The notes under the pieces are model-generated. The model was not told the origin of the DNA, searched no databases, and saw only the letters and a list, made by a program, of their open reading frames with translations. The translations under genes were made by a program, and so were the position numbers. This document shows positions 7,582 through 17,214 of a stretch of DNA of 64,000 nucleotides, piece after piece. The number at the start of each line of letters is the position of its first letter. Positions within the stretch are counted from its first letter, which is position 1. This DNA is from a virus: IMG/VR virus record IMGVR_UViG_3300031994_000005, one strand, 5' to 3'.

Positions 7582-10125
7582 TTAGGCGCTTTCAAATTTT
7601 AGAACGTTATTTTCGACGGTTATTGTTATTTTTTCTTTTGCTCCGTTTTCGATAATTTCATCTGTTATCTTATTTTCTATTTCATTTTGTATTGCTCTCA
7701 GGATTGGTCTTGCGCCGTTTTCTTTTTCTTTCTCTATTATATTATAGATATAGTTTATAATTTCATCATTATAGGAAAGGTTATATCCGATATCTTCCAT
7801 TCTCTTGTCAAGTTTTGAGAGTTCGAGTTTAATAATTTTCTTAAGGGAATCCTCATCAAGTGTATTGAAATAGACGATTTCATCAAGTCTGTTAATGAAC
7901 TCAGGCGGGAATTTATTTTTCAGTTCCTTTTCGATGATTGATTTTTTATTCAGGTTTTCATCAGGATTGAAACCGAGCGCCTTTTCATTTGACGCTCTCT
8001 TTGCACCGACGTTTGACGTGATGATGATAATTGTGTTCTTGAAGTCAACCTTATTACCGACATTGTCAGTAAGGTATCCCTCGTCAAGTATTTGCAGGAA
8101 CAGATTATACACTTCTTCATCGGCTTTCTCAAGTTCGTCAATCAGGAGTACTGTATGTTTCTTGTTTCTTACCGCCTCTGTAAGCATACCTCCCTTTTCA
8201 TAACCCACATAGCCCGCAGATGAGCCGATGAGTTTATTCACTGAGGTCTTGTCGGAATATTCGGACATATCGAACCTGAGCATATTCTTTTCGCTACCAA
8301 ACACTTCCTTTGCAAGCATCTTGGCCATCAGGGTTTTTCCGACACCCGTGCTGCCTATGCACATACAACTGAGGATAGGTCTGTTTTGTGGGAAGAGTCC
8401 TACCTTGCTTCTCTTCACCGCCTTTGTTATGATGTCGATAGCATGGTCTTGTCCTATGATGTTTTTCTTCATATTGTCGGCCATATGTGAAAGGCTTTCG
8501 AGTTCCGAATTTGACATCTTGTTTATATCGATACCCGTGTGTTTTGAAATAGTTTCATATATATCTTTTTCATTGACCTCCTTTGCCACCTTGTTATTTT
8601 CTATCTTGTCATATAGGACTGCGAGTTTTGTCTTGTTCTCCGTTATTTCCTTTCCGATGTCATTGGCCTTGCTTATGTTGTCATTCTTTATTTCCCTGTC
8701 CTTTTCCTTTTCAAGTGTGTTGATTGTGGTTATCAGGTTTCTGATTTCCGAGTTCTCGTATGCTTCAAGTTTCTTACTTGCGCCCGATTCGTCAAGGATG
8801 TCGATTGCTGATGACGGGAGGCTTCTCTCGGGCATATATCTCTCAGAGAGTTTCACACAGGCTTCGATTGCCTCGTCTGTATATCTCACCTTATGGAATT
8901 TTTCGTATGTCTTTTTAAGTCCTTCAAGGATTTGCATACAGTTCTTTGTCTTCGGTTGTGTGAGTGTCAGTTTTTGGAATTTTCTTGACAGTGCGTCGTT
9001 ATCGTCACAGAGGACCTTATAGCCGTATACACTTGTTGTTATGATAACCTTGATATCCCCGTTTGTAAAGACATTGTCCATAAGTGAACTTATATCATAG
9101 TCATCCTTCTTGTTTTTTGACACGAAGTTATGGAAATTGTCTATGAAGAGTATGACATTCTTCTTCGCAGACAGTTCCTTTATCACAGACAGGACCCTTT
9201 CCTCGAACATACCCCTGAGGTTTGTTCCCGCCATCATTTCTGTTATATTGAGTCTGTAAATTGTTGTGTTGAGCAGTGACGGTGGGCATGTTCCGTCAAC
9301 GATTTTCTTTGCGAGTCCGTTAACGAGTTGTGTCTTCCCTACACCGGGTTCGCCTACGATTACCACATTATTGCTCTTTCTCCTGTTGATGATATTGGTG
9401 ATGGTGTTTATCTCGTCATCCATTCCTATTAGGTCGTCGATCTTGCCCTTTGCCGCCATTTCGTTTAGGTTCGTGCAGTAGGCGTTTATTATGTTGTTTT
9501 TCTTTCTGTTGACACCGATGATTTCATTTAGGACATTATTTGCGATGTTTGTCATGTCACCGTTATTTCCATTTCCTCCGGACACATTAATTCTTATTTC
9601 CTGAATTGGTTCGATATTAATGGGTTTTGATGTTTCAATTGTTTTTAGTGTGTCGTGCAGTTTTACTGACTCATTTAGTGCAATGTCATATGTCAGTCCC
9701 TGTTCCCTGAACAGTTCGCTTATACTTTCATTGTGTTTAAGCATTGTGAGCAATACAATGTCTGATGTTATCAGTTCATTGTTTGTTTCTTTCATTACGT
9801 CATATGACTTGCTTAACAGTGAGTTAAGTTCTGCGGACATTTTCGGTTGTATTCCCGGTTTGATTACAGTGACGAGGCTGTCCTGTACCTTTACCATTAT
9901 TTTGTCATATATTTTTGATATGCTTGTGAATGTCAGGAAACCGCTTATTGTCTTATACAGCATAGTGTCCTTATCTGCGAGAGTGCCAAGTAGAAAGTAC
10001 TCTGGGGTTATTTCTCTTACGGGATATTCTTTCAAGAGAATTTCCGTTGTCATTCCAAGTATGTTTGTAAGTTCTTTTGAAAAATAATTCTGTGCATTTG
10101 CACTGTTTTTAATCGGTTGACTCAT
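7582..10125 (-). CDS. clpC: ClpC/ClpB-family AAA+ chaperone
   Basis: Clp N-domain and two Walker A motifs (GEPGVGKT, GSTGVGKT), RFDMSEY, LIGS..GYVGYE.GG, GARP. Confidence 0.92.
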   Translation of the reverse strand: MSQPIKNSANAQNYFSKELTNILGMTTEILLKEYPVREITPEYFLLGTLADKDTMLYKTISGFLTFTSISKIYDKIMVKVQDSLVTVIKPGIQPKMSAELNSLLSKSYDVMKETNNELITSDIVLLTMLKHNESISELFREQGLTYDIALNESVKLHDTLKTIETSKPINIEPIQEIRINVSGGNGNNGDMTNIANNVLNEIIGVNRKKNNIINAYCTNLNEMAAKGKIDDLIGMDDEINTITNIINRRKSNNVVIVGEPGVGKTQLVNGLAKKIVDGTCPPSLLNTTIYRLNITEMMAGTNLRGMFEERVLSVIKELSAKKNVILFIDNFHNFVSKNKKDDYDISSLMDNVFTNGDIKVIITTSVYGYKVLCDDNDALSRKFQKLTLTQPKTKNCMQILEGLKKTYEKFHKVRYTDEAIEACVKLSERYMPERSLPSSAIDILDESGASKKLEAYENSEIRNLITTINTLEKEKDREIKNDNISKANDIGKEITENKTKLAVLYDKIENNKVAKEVNEKDIYETISKHTGIDINKMSNSELESLSHMADNMKKNIIGQDHAIDIITKAVKRSKVGLFPQNRPILSCMCIGSTGVGKTLMAKMLAKEVFGSEKNMLRFDMSEYSDKTSVNKLIGSSAGYVGYEKGGMLTEAVRNKKHTVLLIDELEKADEEVYNLFLQILDEGYLTDNVGNKVDFKNTIIIITSNVGAKRASNEKALGFNPDENLNKKSIIEKELKNKFPPEFINRLDEIVYFNTLDEDSLKKIIKLELSKLDKRMEDIGYNLSYNDEIINYIYNIIEKEKENGARPILRAIQNEIENKITDEIIENGAKEKITITVENNVLKFESA

Positions 10126-10189
10126 TATATGTCTTTTTTTATAAAAAAATAATATGTATATTTGCTATAGTAAATAAAATATAGAAAAT

Positions 10190-10552
10190 ATGGTATTATT
10201 TAGAGACTACAATGAGGAAAAGCGTTTGGACAGGGTTTGGTATGACTCTTCAAACGTTGTTTACAGTGAATGTGATGACAACCCGAATGACTTCAAGACA
10301 TTGCGTGTCACTTTCAAAAACGGTGCGACGTATGAGTATAAGAAGGTTGACGTGAATGACTATGTTCTTTTTGTACATGGTGGTATTGATGCATCGAATG
10401 GAAAGACGCTGAACAAGGTGATAAAGCCCAAGTACGAGTTCGAGAGATTGGCTGACAGATCAGTTCCACAATTACTTGAGGAAATGGAGAATCTTAAGAA
10501 AAAAACAGTGTCTGAATCGACTGTGCCGGAAAAAAGTGAAAACACGGAATAA
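10190..10552 (+). CDS. KTSC-domain-like protein
   Basis: SSN...L.VTFKNGATYEY..V...S.GK pattern. Confidence 0.65.
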   Translation: MVLFRDYNEEKRLDRVWYDSSNVVYSECDDNPNDFKTLRVTFKNGATYEYKKVDVNDYVLFVHGGIDASNGKTLNKVIKPKYEFERLADRSVPQLLEEMENLKKKTVSESTVPEKSENTE

Positions 10553-10605
10553 CAATTCTCTATTAACGGATATTTATTATTAGAAAATAATAAATACATA
10601 AAACT

Positions 10606-10908
10606 ATGTTCGGCGGTTTAAAAACTCTATGGCATTACATTCGTTACACATGTATGACGAACTGTATGAGCATAAATCTTGGTGGGCTGTTTGCATTCTT
10701 GTCATTGATAGTCCTTTCCGCTAAATTCAGTGTGTGGTTGTGTGTTTTACTGACATTCGTGTTAGGTTTTATCTTCTTCACAATGATACAATGTGGAAAG
10801 AACTTTTTCTCTTGCATTAAGGAACCGCAGACAATTTCCAATATAATTGGGTGGTTCATCGGATGTACATGGATATGTTTGCTCTATTTAAGTTTCGTAT
10901 TATTGTAG
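10606..10908 (+). CDS. Small membrane protein
   Basis: Three hydrophobic segments; TATTTAT at 10571. Confidence 0.6.
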   Translation: MFGGLKTLWHYIRYTCMTNCMSINLGGLFAFLSLIVLSAKFSVWLCVLLTFVLGFIFFTMIQCGKNFFSCIKEPQTISNIIGWFIGCTWICLLYLSFVLL

Positions 10909-11028
10909 CGAAAGTTGTTTCATAATATGGCGTTGTTTGTGGTATCAAGGTACTTCTAAGATATAACGCGCCAAAAATAAGAATGACAGGTAAAGAGAAA
11001 TACCTGCCATTATTTTTATATTGTCCTT

Positions 11029-12345
11029 TTATGCCTTTCCGATGCAAGAATATTCAATTCCAATGTCATTCATTTCTTTTGCATCGTAGATGTTTCTTCC
11101 GTCAATTATAATCGGTTTTCTCATCAGTTTTTTCATTATTTTGAATGACGGTGTTCGGAACACCTTCCATTCGGTGACTATTATTAACGCATCAGAATCG
11201 TTTATTGCATCATATTGATCAGTTGCATAGTATATCTTGTCCCCTATATTTTTTCTACATTCATCCATTGCAACCGGGTCATATGCTCTTATCTCACATC
11301 CGTTTTTCAGGAGGTCATTGATTAATACAAGTGATGGTGCCTCTCTCATATCATCTGTCTCAGGTTTGAATGACAACCCCCATATTGCGATGGTCTTGTC
11401 TTTAAGGTCTCCGTTGAATGCTTTTTTAAGTTTTTTGAAAAGGACGTGTTTTTGTTCTTCATTAACCGCTTCAACTGATTGCAGAACTTGCATTTCATAG
11501 CCATTTTCCTTTGCGGTTCTAATAAGGGCTTTGACATCCTTTGGGAAACATGAACCACCGTATCCGCAGCCCGAATACAGGAATTTTCTTCCTATTCTTG
11601 TATCTGACCCGATGCCGTCTCTAACCATATTGACATCCGCACCGACAATTTCACACAGGTTTGCAATGTCATTCATAAATGATATTCGTGTGGCAAGCAT
11701 TGCGTTTGCTGCATACTTTGTCATCTCGGCTGACGGTATATCCATTAGGATAACCCTGAGGTTCTGCATTTGGAACGGTTTATAGAGACTTGTCATAAGG
11801 TTCTTGGCACTTTCGCTATCGGTTCCGATTATAATTCTATCCGGACTCATAAAATCCCTGACAGCGTTGCCTTCCTTAAGAAACTCCGGGTTTGATGCCA
11901 CATCAAAATCTATGTATAGGTTTCTCTTGTCCAATTCTTTTTGTATTGTTTCCCTGACCTTTTGTGCCGTACCAACCGGTACGGTTGACTTTGTTACTAT
12001 TAGTTTATAGTCATCAATATTTTCCCCTATTGTTTTAGCCACCTGTAGTACATATGACAAGTCTGCACTACCATCCTCGCCAGGTGGTGTTCCAACGGCT
12101 ATGAAGATGATGTCCGTAGTGTTGATAGTTTGTGTCAAATCGGTAACAAAGTGCAGTCTTCCCTCTCTTGTATTTCTATCAACGAGTTCATTTAGACCCG
12201 GTTCGTATATTGGTATTATGCCTTTATTCAGGTTATTGATTTTTATTGAATCAACGTCAACGCAAGTCACGTCGTTTCCTGTCTCAGCAAGACACGAACC
12301 GGTGACCAAGCCGACATATCCCGTTCCAACTATTGCAATATTCAT
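11029..12345 (-). CDS. ugd: UDP-glucose/nucleotide-sugar 6-dehydrogenase
   Basis: GTGYVG, KSTVP.GT, SNPEFLKEG, GYGGSCFPKD, FKP.TDD.RE.P. Confidence 0.95.
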   Translation of the reverse strand: MNIAIVGTGYVGLVTGSCLAETGNDVTCVDVDSIKINNLNKGIIPIYEPGLNELVDRNTREGRLHFVTDLTQTINTTDIIFIAVGTPPGEDGSADLSYVLQVAKTIGENIDDYKLIVTKSTVPVGTAQKVRETIQKELDKRNLYIDFDVASNPEFLKEGNAVRDFMSPDRIIIGTDSESAKNLMTSLYKPFQMQNLRVILMDIPSAEMTKYAANAMLATRISFMNDIANLCEIVGADVNMVRDGIGSDTRIGRKFLYSGCGYGGSCFPKDVKALIRTAKENGYEMQVLQSVEAVNEEQKHVLFKKLKKAFNGDLKDKTIAIWGLSFKPETDDMREAPSLVLINDLLKNGCEIRAYDPVAMDECRKNIGDKIYYATDQYDAINDSDALIIVTEWKVFRTPSFKIMKKLMRKPIIIDGRNIYDAKEMNDIGIEYSCIGKA

Positions 12346-12795
12346 TTATTGTTTATATTTGTCACTTATTATATGTTCCAAATTATAGTTAATGTTCTTG
12401 ATTTCAATTCCATTCTTTTCTTCCATGAAGTCAAGTATGTCCGAACAGTAATGTGTTCGTGCGCGTAACAGGGCATTCATATTTTTTTGTGTGGGTTCAA
12501 GTTCATATCTTTCTTCAAGTTTCTTGATCCACTCCTCCTTCAAATTTTCTGACGGATAGATGACCGTATACTCTATACCTTGTTCATTGAAGTAGTTCCG
12601 CAGTTCCATATGTGCAGACGTGAATACAATTTTTCCTTGATCGGACAGGTCCTTTGCTATGTTAGCATAGACCTTATACCAATCACTGTCTCGTTTACCG
12701 TCAACCCTGAAATTACTTGATTCGAGGTCAATGCACTTGTCAATCTTTTTACAGATTGTACTTTTTCCTATTCCTTGATAACCGATGTATATCAT
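12346..12795 (-). CDS. Small P-loop NTPase/kinase-like protein
   Basis: N-terminal GYQGIGKST. Confidence 0.65.
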   Translation of the reverse strand: MIYIGYQGIGKSTICKKIDKCIDLESSNFRVDGKRDSDWYKVYANIAKDLSDQGKIVFTSAHMELRNYFNEQGIEYTVIYPSENLKEEWIKKLEERYELEPTQKNMNALLRARTHYCSDILDFMEEKNGIEIKNINYNLEHIISDKYKQ

Positions 12796-12809
12796 AGACT
12801 ATTTTTCTT

Positions 12810-13940
12810 TTAAAATTTTTTAAGTTGTTCCAATAATTCCTTTGATGCCCTATATTGCCAAGAACCTTTATAGGTTGAATGGACTTGATATTCAAGAGCC
12901 TGTATTTGTTCTTCACTCGGTTTCCAAGTGTATCTTTCTTTGAGAGATTTGAGCCAGTTGTTTAATTCATTAGCGGTTTCCTTATCAATAAGTCTGCTTT
13001 GTCTCCACCAATTCTGCACCTCACCTGCTTCATATATAGTTGTGGCAATTTTATTTAATTTAGATATATCCTCTTTACTCCAAATAGATTCCGCGTCTTT
13101 CTTGGCTTGACATCCTCCATCGGCAAAACACCTACCCGTTTCTTTATAGCCCTTACAATGGTTTTTACAAAAAGAATCAATATTAGAATCAATATTATTC
13201 AACTTCTTCTTAACAGCATCCCATTCAAAGCCATATTCTTTCATCTTAGAGAATAAAAGGTCACGCTGTTCTTTGATTGCCGGAGAAACATCTGATGGAG
13301 TTACAAAGTCTGATTCTATTGATAAGGAGTCATTATAATTGAGATTTATACATACATGACACGCTTTTTCATCTTTGTGTAACCACAATAAATTATGGCT
13401 AGGTGAAAATAGTACATCACCATCCTTTGCATCTTGAATTGTCCAAGGTTTATACGATGTTTCAGTAGAGCAACGTGATATTTGATAAGAACCACTATTA
13501 AGATTTGTTACTTCATATGCGTACTCAAGTACTTTATTGATATGTAGAATTCCACCATCTTGTGGATCTATAATCCATTGTCCGGCTTTAAACTTTGGCT
13601 CGACCATATCAAGAACAGAGGTATCTTTGACCGCTTCTACAATCTCTTCATCAGCGTAATTGATGGACTTCTGTTCAACTTGCTTTTCAAGCCAAGCAAG
13701 AACTTCATTTCTTGGAACATTATATCTTCCAAAACCGGTATCTTCACTCCATTCTGATATTACATCAATTAGTGATTTCCTTATCTTCTCGTCCTCTGAT
13801 TCAAAGAATTTGAGTTCTTTGAAGATATATTCACACCAGCCTACAACGGCAGTACTGTTGCAAGTTTCCATCAGTATCTTTGCTCTTGCAATAGATTCAT
13901 CATAGCGTTTTGCTTTTTCTTCAATTGATAGTTCTTTCAT
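12810..13940 (-). CDS. Modular hypothetical protein typical of Bacteroidales phages
   Basis: EKAKRYDE, EDEKIRK, LAWLEKQ, EPKFK.G.WI, WTIQDAKDGDVL, WLKSLK, WKPSEEQ segments. Confidence 0.8.
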   Translation of the reverse strand: MKELSIEEKAKRYDESIARAKILMETCNSTAVVGWCEYIFKELKFFESEDEKIRKSLIDVISEWSEDTGFGRYNVPRNEVLAWLEKQVEQKSINYADEEIVEAVKDTSVLDMVEPKFKAGQWIIDPQDGGILHINKVLEYAYEVTNLNSGSYQISRCSTETSYKPWTIQDAKDGDVLFSPSHNLLWLHKDEKACHVCINLNYNDSLSIESDFVTPSDVSPAIKEQRDLLFSKMKEYGFEWDAVKKKLNNIDSNIDSFCKNHCKGYKETGRCFADGGCQAKKDAESIWSKEDISKLNKIATTIYEAGEVQNWWRQSRLIDKETANELNNWLKSLKERYTWKPSEEQIQALEYQVHSTYKGSWQYRASKELLEQLKKF

Positions 13941-13944
13941 TTCT

Positions 13945-14340
13945 TTATTTGTCTATTTTAAGTTCTGACATTGGTAAAGCCATGTCGTTTTCAATCCAAT
14001 TTTTATAGTCAAATTTCTTTTCGTTAAGCCAATCTATTAGACGGTATATTTTGTCCTCATCATACTGTTCCAATAAATCATTACAAGCGGTTTCCTCAGT
14101 GCTGTCCATACTGTTCATTGGTCTAAGGTATGGCATTATTTGGCTCTCATCAAGTGTTGCGGTATACAGTCTATATGGTTTATTCGGGTTATAGAATTTA
14201 AACGTATCCCCACCATCTATTGAGAATAGCACCCCGTCCATAAATTCATTGGAATATACGTCTTTAAATCTGCACCAAACTTTATACGGTAGCATTGCAC
14301 CTAATGTTGAGGCAAAATTCAACTTTTCTTCATTTGTCAT
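13945..14340 (-). CDS. Hypothetical protein
   Basis: LPY.V...PYLRPM.SM...DWLN..FDY pattern; tightly packed in the operon. Confidence 0.8.
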   Translation of the reverse strand: MTNEEKLNFASTLGAMLPYKVWCRFKDVYSNEFMDGVLFSIDGGDTFKFYNPNKPYRLYTATLDESQIMPYLRPMNSMDSTEETACNDLLEQYDEDKIYRLIDWLNEKKFDYKNWIENDMALPMSELKIDK

Positions 14341-14345
14341 ATACT

Positions 14346-14810
14346 TCAGATTTTATGATAATGTTTTTCATCTGCGGGTGGATAACATTCCTCACCGTAT
14401 TCTTCCACAAGCTCTTTGTAGATGTCACCATCGACATCAAGTGTACCCGATTGCCATGATGATTGAATGTTAATCGTGAACCAACCGCCATTTTTCGTTC
14501 TTACAGCATACAGGTCGTTTTCATCATATACAGGACAGGAGATGCGGACAAAATAATCTGTTTCATCCGCATATAACCAACCACAATTATTTTTTTCATA
14601 TTCCCACTGTTCATACAGTGTCATTGTATGTTGTATTTCCTTTCTTTCCTCAAAATCCCATTCAGGGACCGTCACTGAAAGGTGTTTAGCCTCGTCATTT
14701 GTAAGTAATTCCTCAACCCTACAAATATAGTGTCGTGAGGAACTTGTCTTTCCATCATCCCAAAAGTGGTAATAGTGTCCAATTTCAGGAATTTCTTTCT
14801 TTTCACTCAT
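14346..14810 (-). CDS. Hypothetical protein
   Basis: 154-aa ORF in a tightly packed operon. Confidence 0.8.
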   Translation of the reverse strand: MSEKKEIPEIGHYYHFWDDGKTSSSRHYICRVEELLTNDEAKHLSVTVPEWDFEERKEIQHTMTLYEQWEYEKNNCGWLYADETDYFVRISCPVYDENDLYAVRTKNGGWFTINIQSSWQSGTLDVDGDIYKELVEEYGEECYPPADEKHYHKI

Positions 14811-14813
14811 TGT

Positions 14814-15758
14814 TTACTTAATTTTATTCGTCTTATATTCTCCGATGATTTTCTTCTCATCTTCAAGTATTTCGGCTTCCTTAAGCGTTTCTATCACATC
14901 ATAGTAATCTATGGTCATCTTCTTGTCCCTTGACAGATTGTTCTTGAATTTGTATTCAGATATCTTATCATCAAATTCTTTGATCAAGTCTGTTCCATCC
15001 TCGTTTACTATTGCATCAAATGACAGGATATACTCCCCGTTATATTCTCGTATCCCCTTGAAATTGAACGCACAGTAACTGAATAGATGGAGGTCATCTG
15101 CACCATATGCCTTAAATGACACAAATTTCAATGTGTCGAAATCGATTACATCAGAGCGTGTATCTCCGTTTACTATTCTGTTTATTTCATTAAGGAACGG
15201 ACGATGCCGTCTGTCAAACTGACTCTCATACTTTGAGACATAGAGGTCAATTATTGCTTTTTCGGTACCGTCCCTTTCAACCACAACCTTATTTACATAC
15301 TCTTCGAGTCTGAATCGTGGTGTGAATGTTCTTTCTATAAATATCGTGTATTCCTTTTTATTCTTTACACCCACCTCATCATCATTAAGACCTTCAACAA
15401 CACTTCCTGTGTCCTCAATATTATCTTGTACTATCTGTATGTCATAGCCTTCATAACAAGGAAGTTCGGGCTTCGTGTCATATTTTTTCTTGGTTGCGGT
15501 TCCACCACCGGAATACTGATACTTGTGCGATTCACGTTCTGAGTGGTAAGTTTCATACCTAAGGTCTTTTACGGCCTGTGTCACCTCACCTCTAAGCAGG
15601 TCTTTGTAAACACTTTCAGCCTCATCCTTGACCTCAATATTTCCTCCGTCATTACCGGTTGAGTTGTTCTTGGATGAGAACGCTATTGTATCGGCATTTC
15701 TAAGACCGGTGAACAGGTGATGAAAAAATGTGTATACGTAGAATAGAAATTTCTTCAT
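14814..15758 (-). CDS. Hypothetical protein
   Basis: 314-aa ORF with a hydrophobic N-terminus. Confidence 0.8.
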   Translation of the reverse strand: MKKFLFYVYTFFHHLFTGLRNADTIAFSSKNNSTGNDGGNIEVKDEAESVYKDLLRGEVTQAVKDLRYETYHSERESHKYQYSGGGTATKKKYDTKPELPCYEGYDIQIVQDNIEDTGSVVEGLNDDEVGVKNKKEYTIFIERTFTPRFRLEEYVNKVVVERDGTEKAIIDLYVSKYESQFDRRHRPFLNEINRIVNGDTRSDVIDFDTLKFVSFKAYGADDLHLFSYCAFNFKGIREYNGEYILSFDAIVNEDGTDLIKEFDDKISEYKFKNNLSRDKKMTIDYYDVIETLKEAEILEDEKKIIGEYKTNKIK

Positions 15759-15759
15759 T

Positions 15760-16047
15760 TTAGATTTCGTCCACTTTTTCCTTTATTATTTCGAAGACAA
15801 CCATTAGCAATCTTTGGTATTCTCCTGCCTTTTTTGCTGCGTCATTGTAGTCCGCTGCCTTTATTTCATCGTATTCACCCGCGTTTGACTTTGCCAAGTT
15901 GTCAAAATGTGAATAGACAAGTTGCACCGCATCCCTATATGCCAATAATTCAGTCAACGGGAGTTCCCTCAGTTTTGCCCTGTTTGGCTTGAGGACAATC
16001 TTTATGTCCTTATGTTCCTTGTCCGGATTATCTATCTTCTTATTCAT
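15760..16047 (-). CDS. Hypothetical protein
   Basis: 95-aa ORF, 1-nt gaps to neighbours. Confidence 0.75.
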   Translation of the reverse strand: MNKKIDNPDKEHKDIKIVLKPNRAKLRELPLTELLAYRDAVQLVYSHFDNLAKSNAGEYDEIKAADYNDAAKKAGEYQRLLMVVFEIIKEKVDEI

Positions 16048-16048
16048 T

Positions 16049-17167
16049 TTATGCTACATTTTTAACATTCTTATATTTTACCTTAGTCTTTTCATCAACA
16101 TATTCGGCATCAATAATTACTTCTTTATCCTTCATTAATGGGGCATTATACATTGCATCCGACATCACCGTCTCGACAATTGTACGCAATCCTCTAGCGC
16201 CGGTTCCAAGCGACAATGTCAAATCTGCAATCTTATCGAGTGCTCCGTCAGTGAAAGTCAATTTTACGCCATCCATTGACATAAGTTCCGTATATTGCTT
16301 TACAATCGAATTCTTCGGTTCCTTCAGAATGGTCACCAACGCCTCCTTTGTCAACTTATTGACATTTGTAATAATTGGGAAGCGTCCAACAAGTTCGGGA
16401 ATCATACCGAAATCCCTGATATCCTGAGGCGTTGCATAGTTTATATATTCCTCCTCTTCGTTGATCACTGTTCTCTCTGCGGTAAAGCCAATCTTACCGC
16501 GTCCCATTCTCTTCCTGATAATTTCTTCAAGACCAACAAATGCGCCTGACATAATAAAAAGGATATTCTTGGTATCAAGATAGATAAGAGGTTGTTCAGG
16601 ATGCTTTCTTCCGCCCATTGGTGGCACACCAACTACATCACCTTCGACAATCTTCAGGAGTGACTGTTGAACACATTCGCCTGACACGTCTCTTGTAATT
16701 GACGGACCAGCATCCTTCTTGGCAATCTTATCCCCTTCGTCAAGCATAACAATACCCATTTCGGCTGCTTCGATATCGTAGTCACAAGAGCGGAGAAGTC
16801 CGACAAGACATTCTTCAACATCGGAACCGACATAACCGCTTGCAGTAATCTTTGTGCAATCCTGAATGTAGCAAGGCACATTGAGGAGTTTTGCGATAGT
16901 CTTTACCATCAATGTCTTACCACAGCCGGTTGGTCCAAGAAGCATGATGTTTGACTTGTCGAGTTCAACCTCGGGGTTTTCCATTGAATTTTCGTGAATG
17001 ATTTTCTTGTAATGGTTATAGACACCGATTGACAGCACCTTCTTTGCCTCTTCTTGCCCGATTACATACTTGTCAAGATGTGCCTTGATTTGATCAGGTC
17101 TCAACAAATCGAGGGTAATTGTACCATAATCTTCTTCTTGCATTGTTTTCTTTTTCTTTGATTTCAT
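16049..17167 (-). CDS. clpX: ClpX ATPase lacking the N-terminal zinc-binding domain
   Basis: LD.YVIGQEEAKKVL, KSNI.L.GPTGCGKT, GYVG.DVE, SITRDVSGE.VQQ.LLK, GGRKHP, GARGLR. Confidence 0.93.
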   Translation of the reverse strand: MKSKKKKTMQEEDYGTITLDLLRPDQIKAHLDKYVIGQEEAKKVLSIGVYNHYKKIIHENSMENPEVELDKSNIMLLGPTGCGKTLMVKTIAKLLNVPCYIQDCTKITASGYVGSDVEECLVGLLRSCDYDIEAAEMGIVMLDEGDKIAKKDAGPSITRDVSGECVQQSLLKIVEGDVVGVPPMGGRKHPEQPLIYLDTKNILFIMSGAFVGLEEIIRKRMGRGKIGFTAERTVINEEEEYINYATPQDIRDFGMIPELVGRFPIITNVNKLTKEALVTILKEPKNSIVKQYTELMSMDGVKLTFTDGALDKIADLTLSLGTGARGLRTIVETVMSDAMYNAPLMKDKEVIIDAEYVDEKTKVKYKNVKNVA

Positions 17168-17214
17168 ACGTTAAAAATAAAAATTAAAAGTTAAATACAT
17201 TTCAAATATACAAA

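Noticed and set aside
7895..10087. Long antisense ORFs opposite clpC (and similar ones opposite ugd, terminase, portal and others)
   Set aside because: Shadow frames with Ser/Phe/Ile-rich composition opposite well-supported genes
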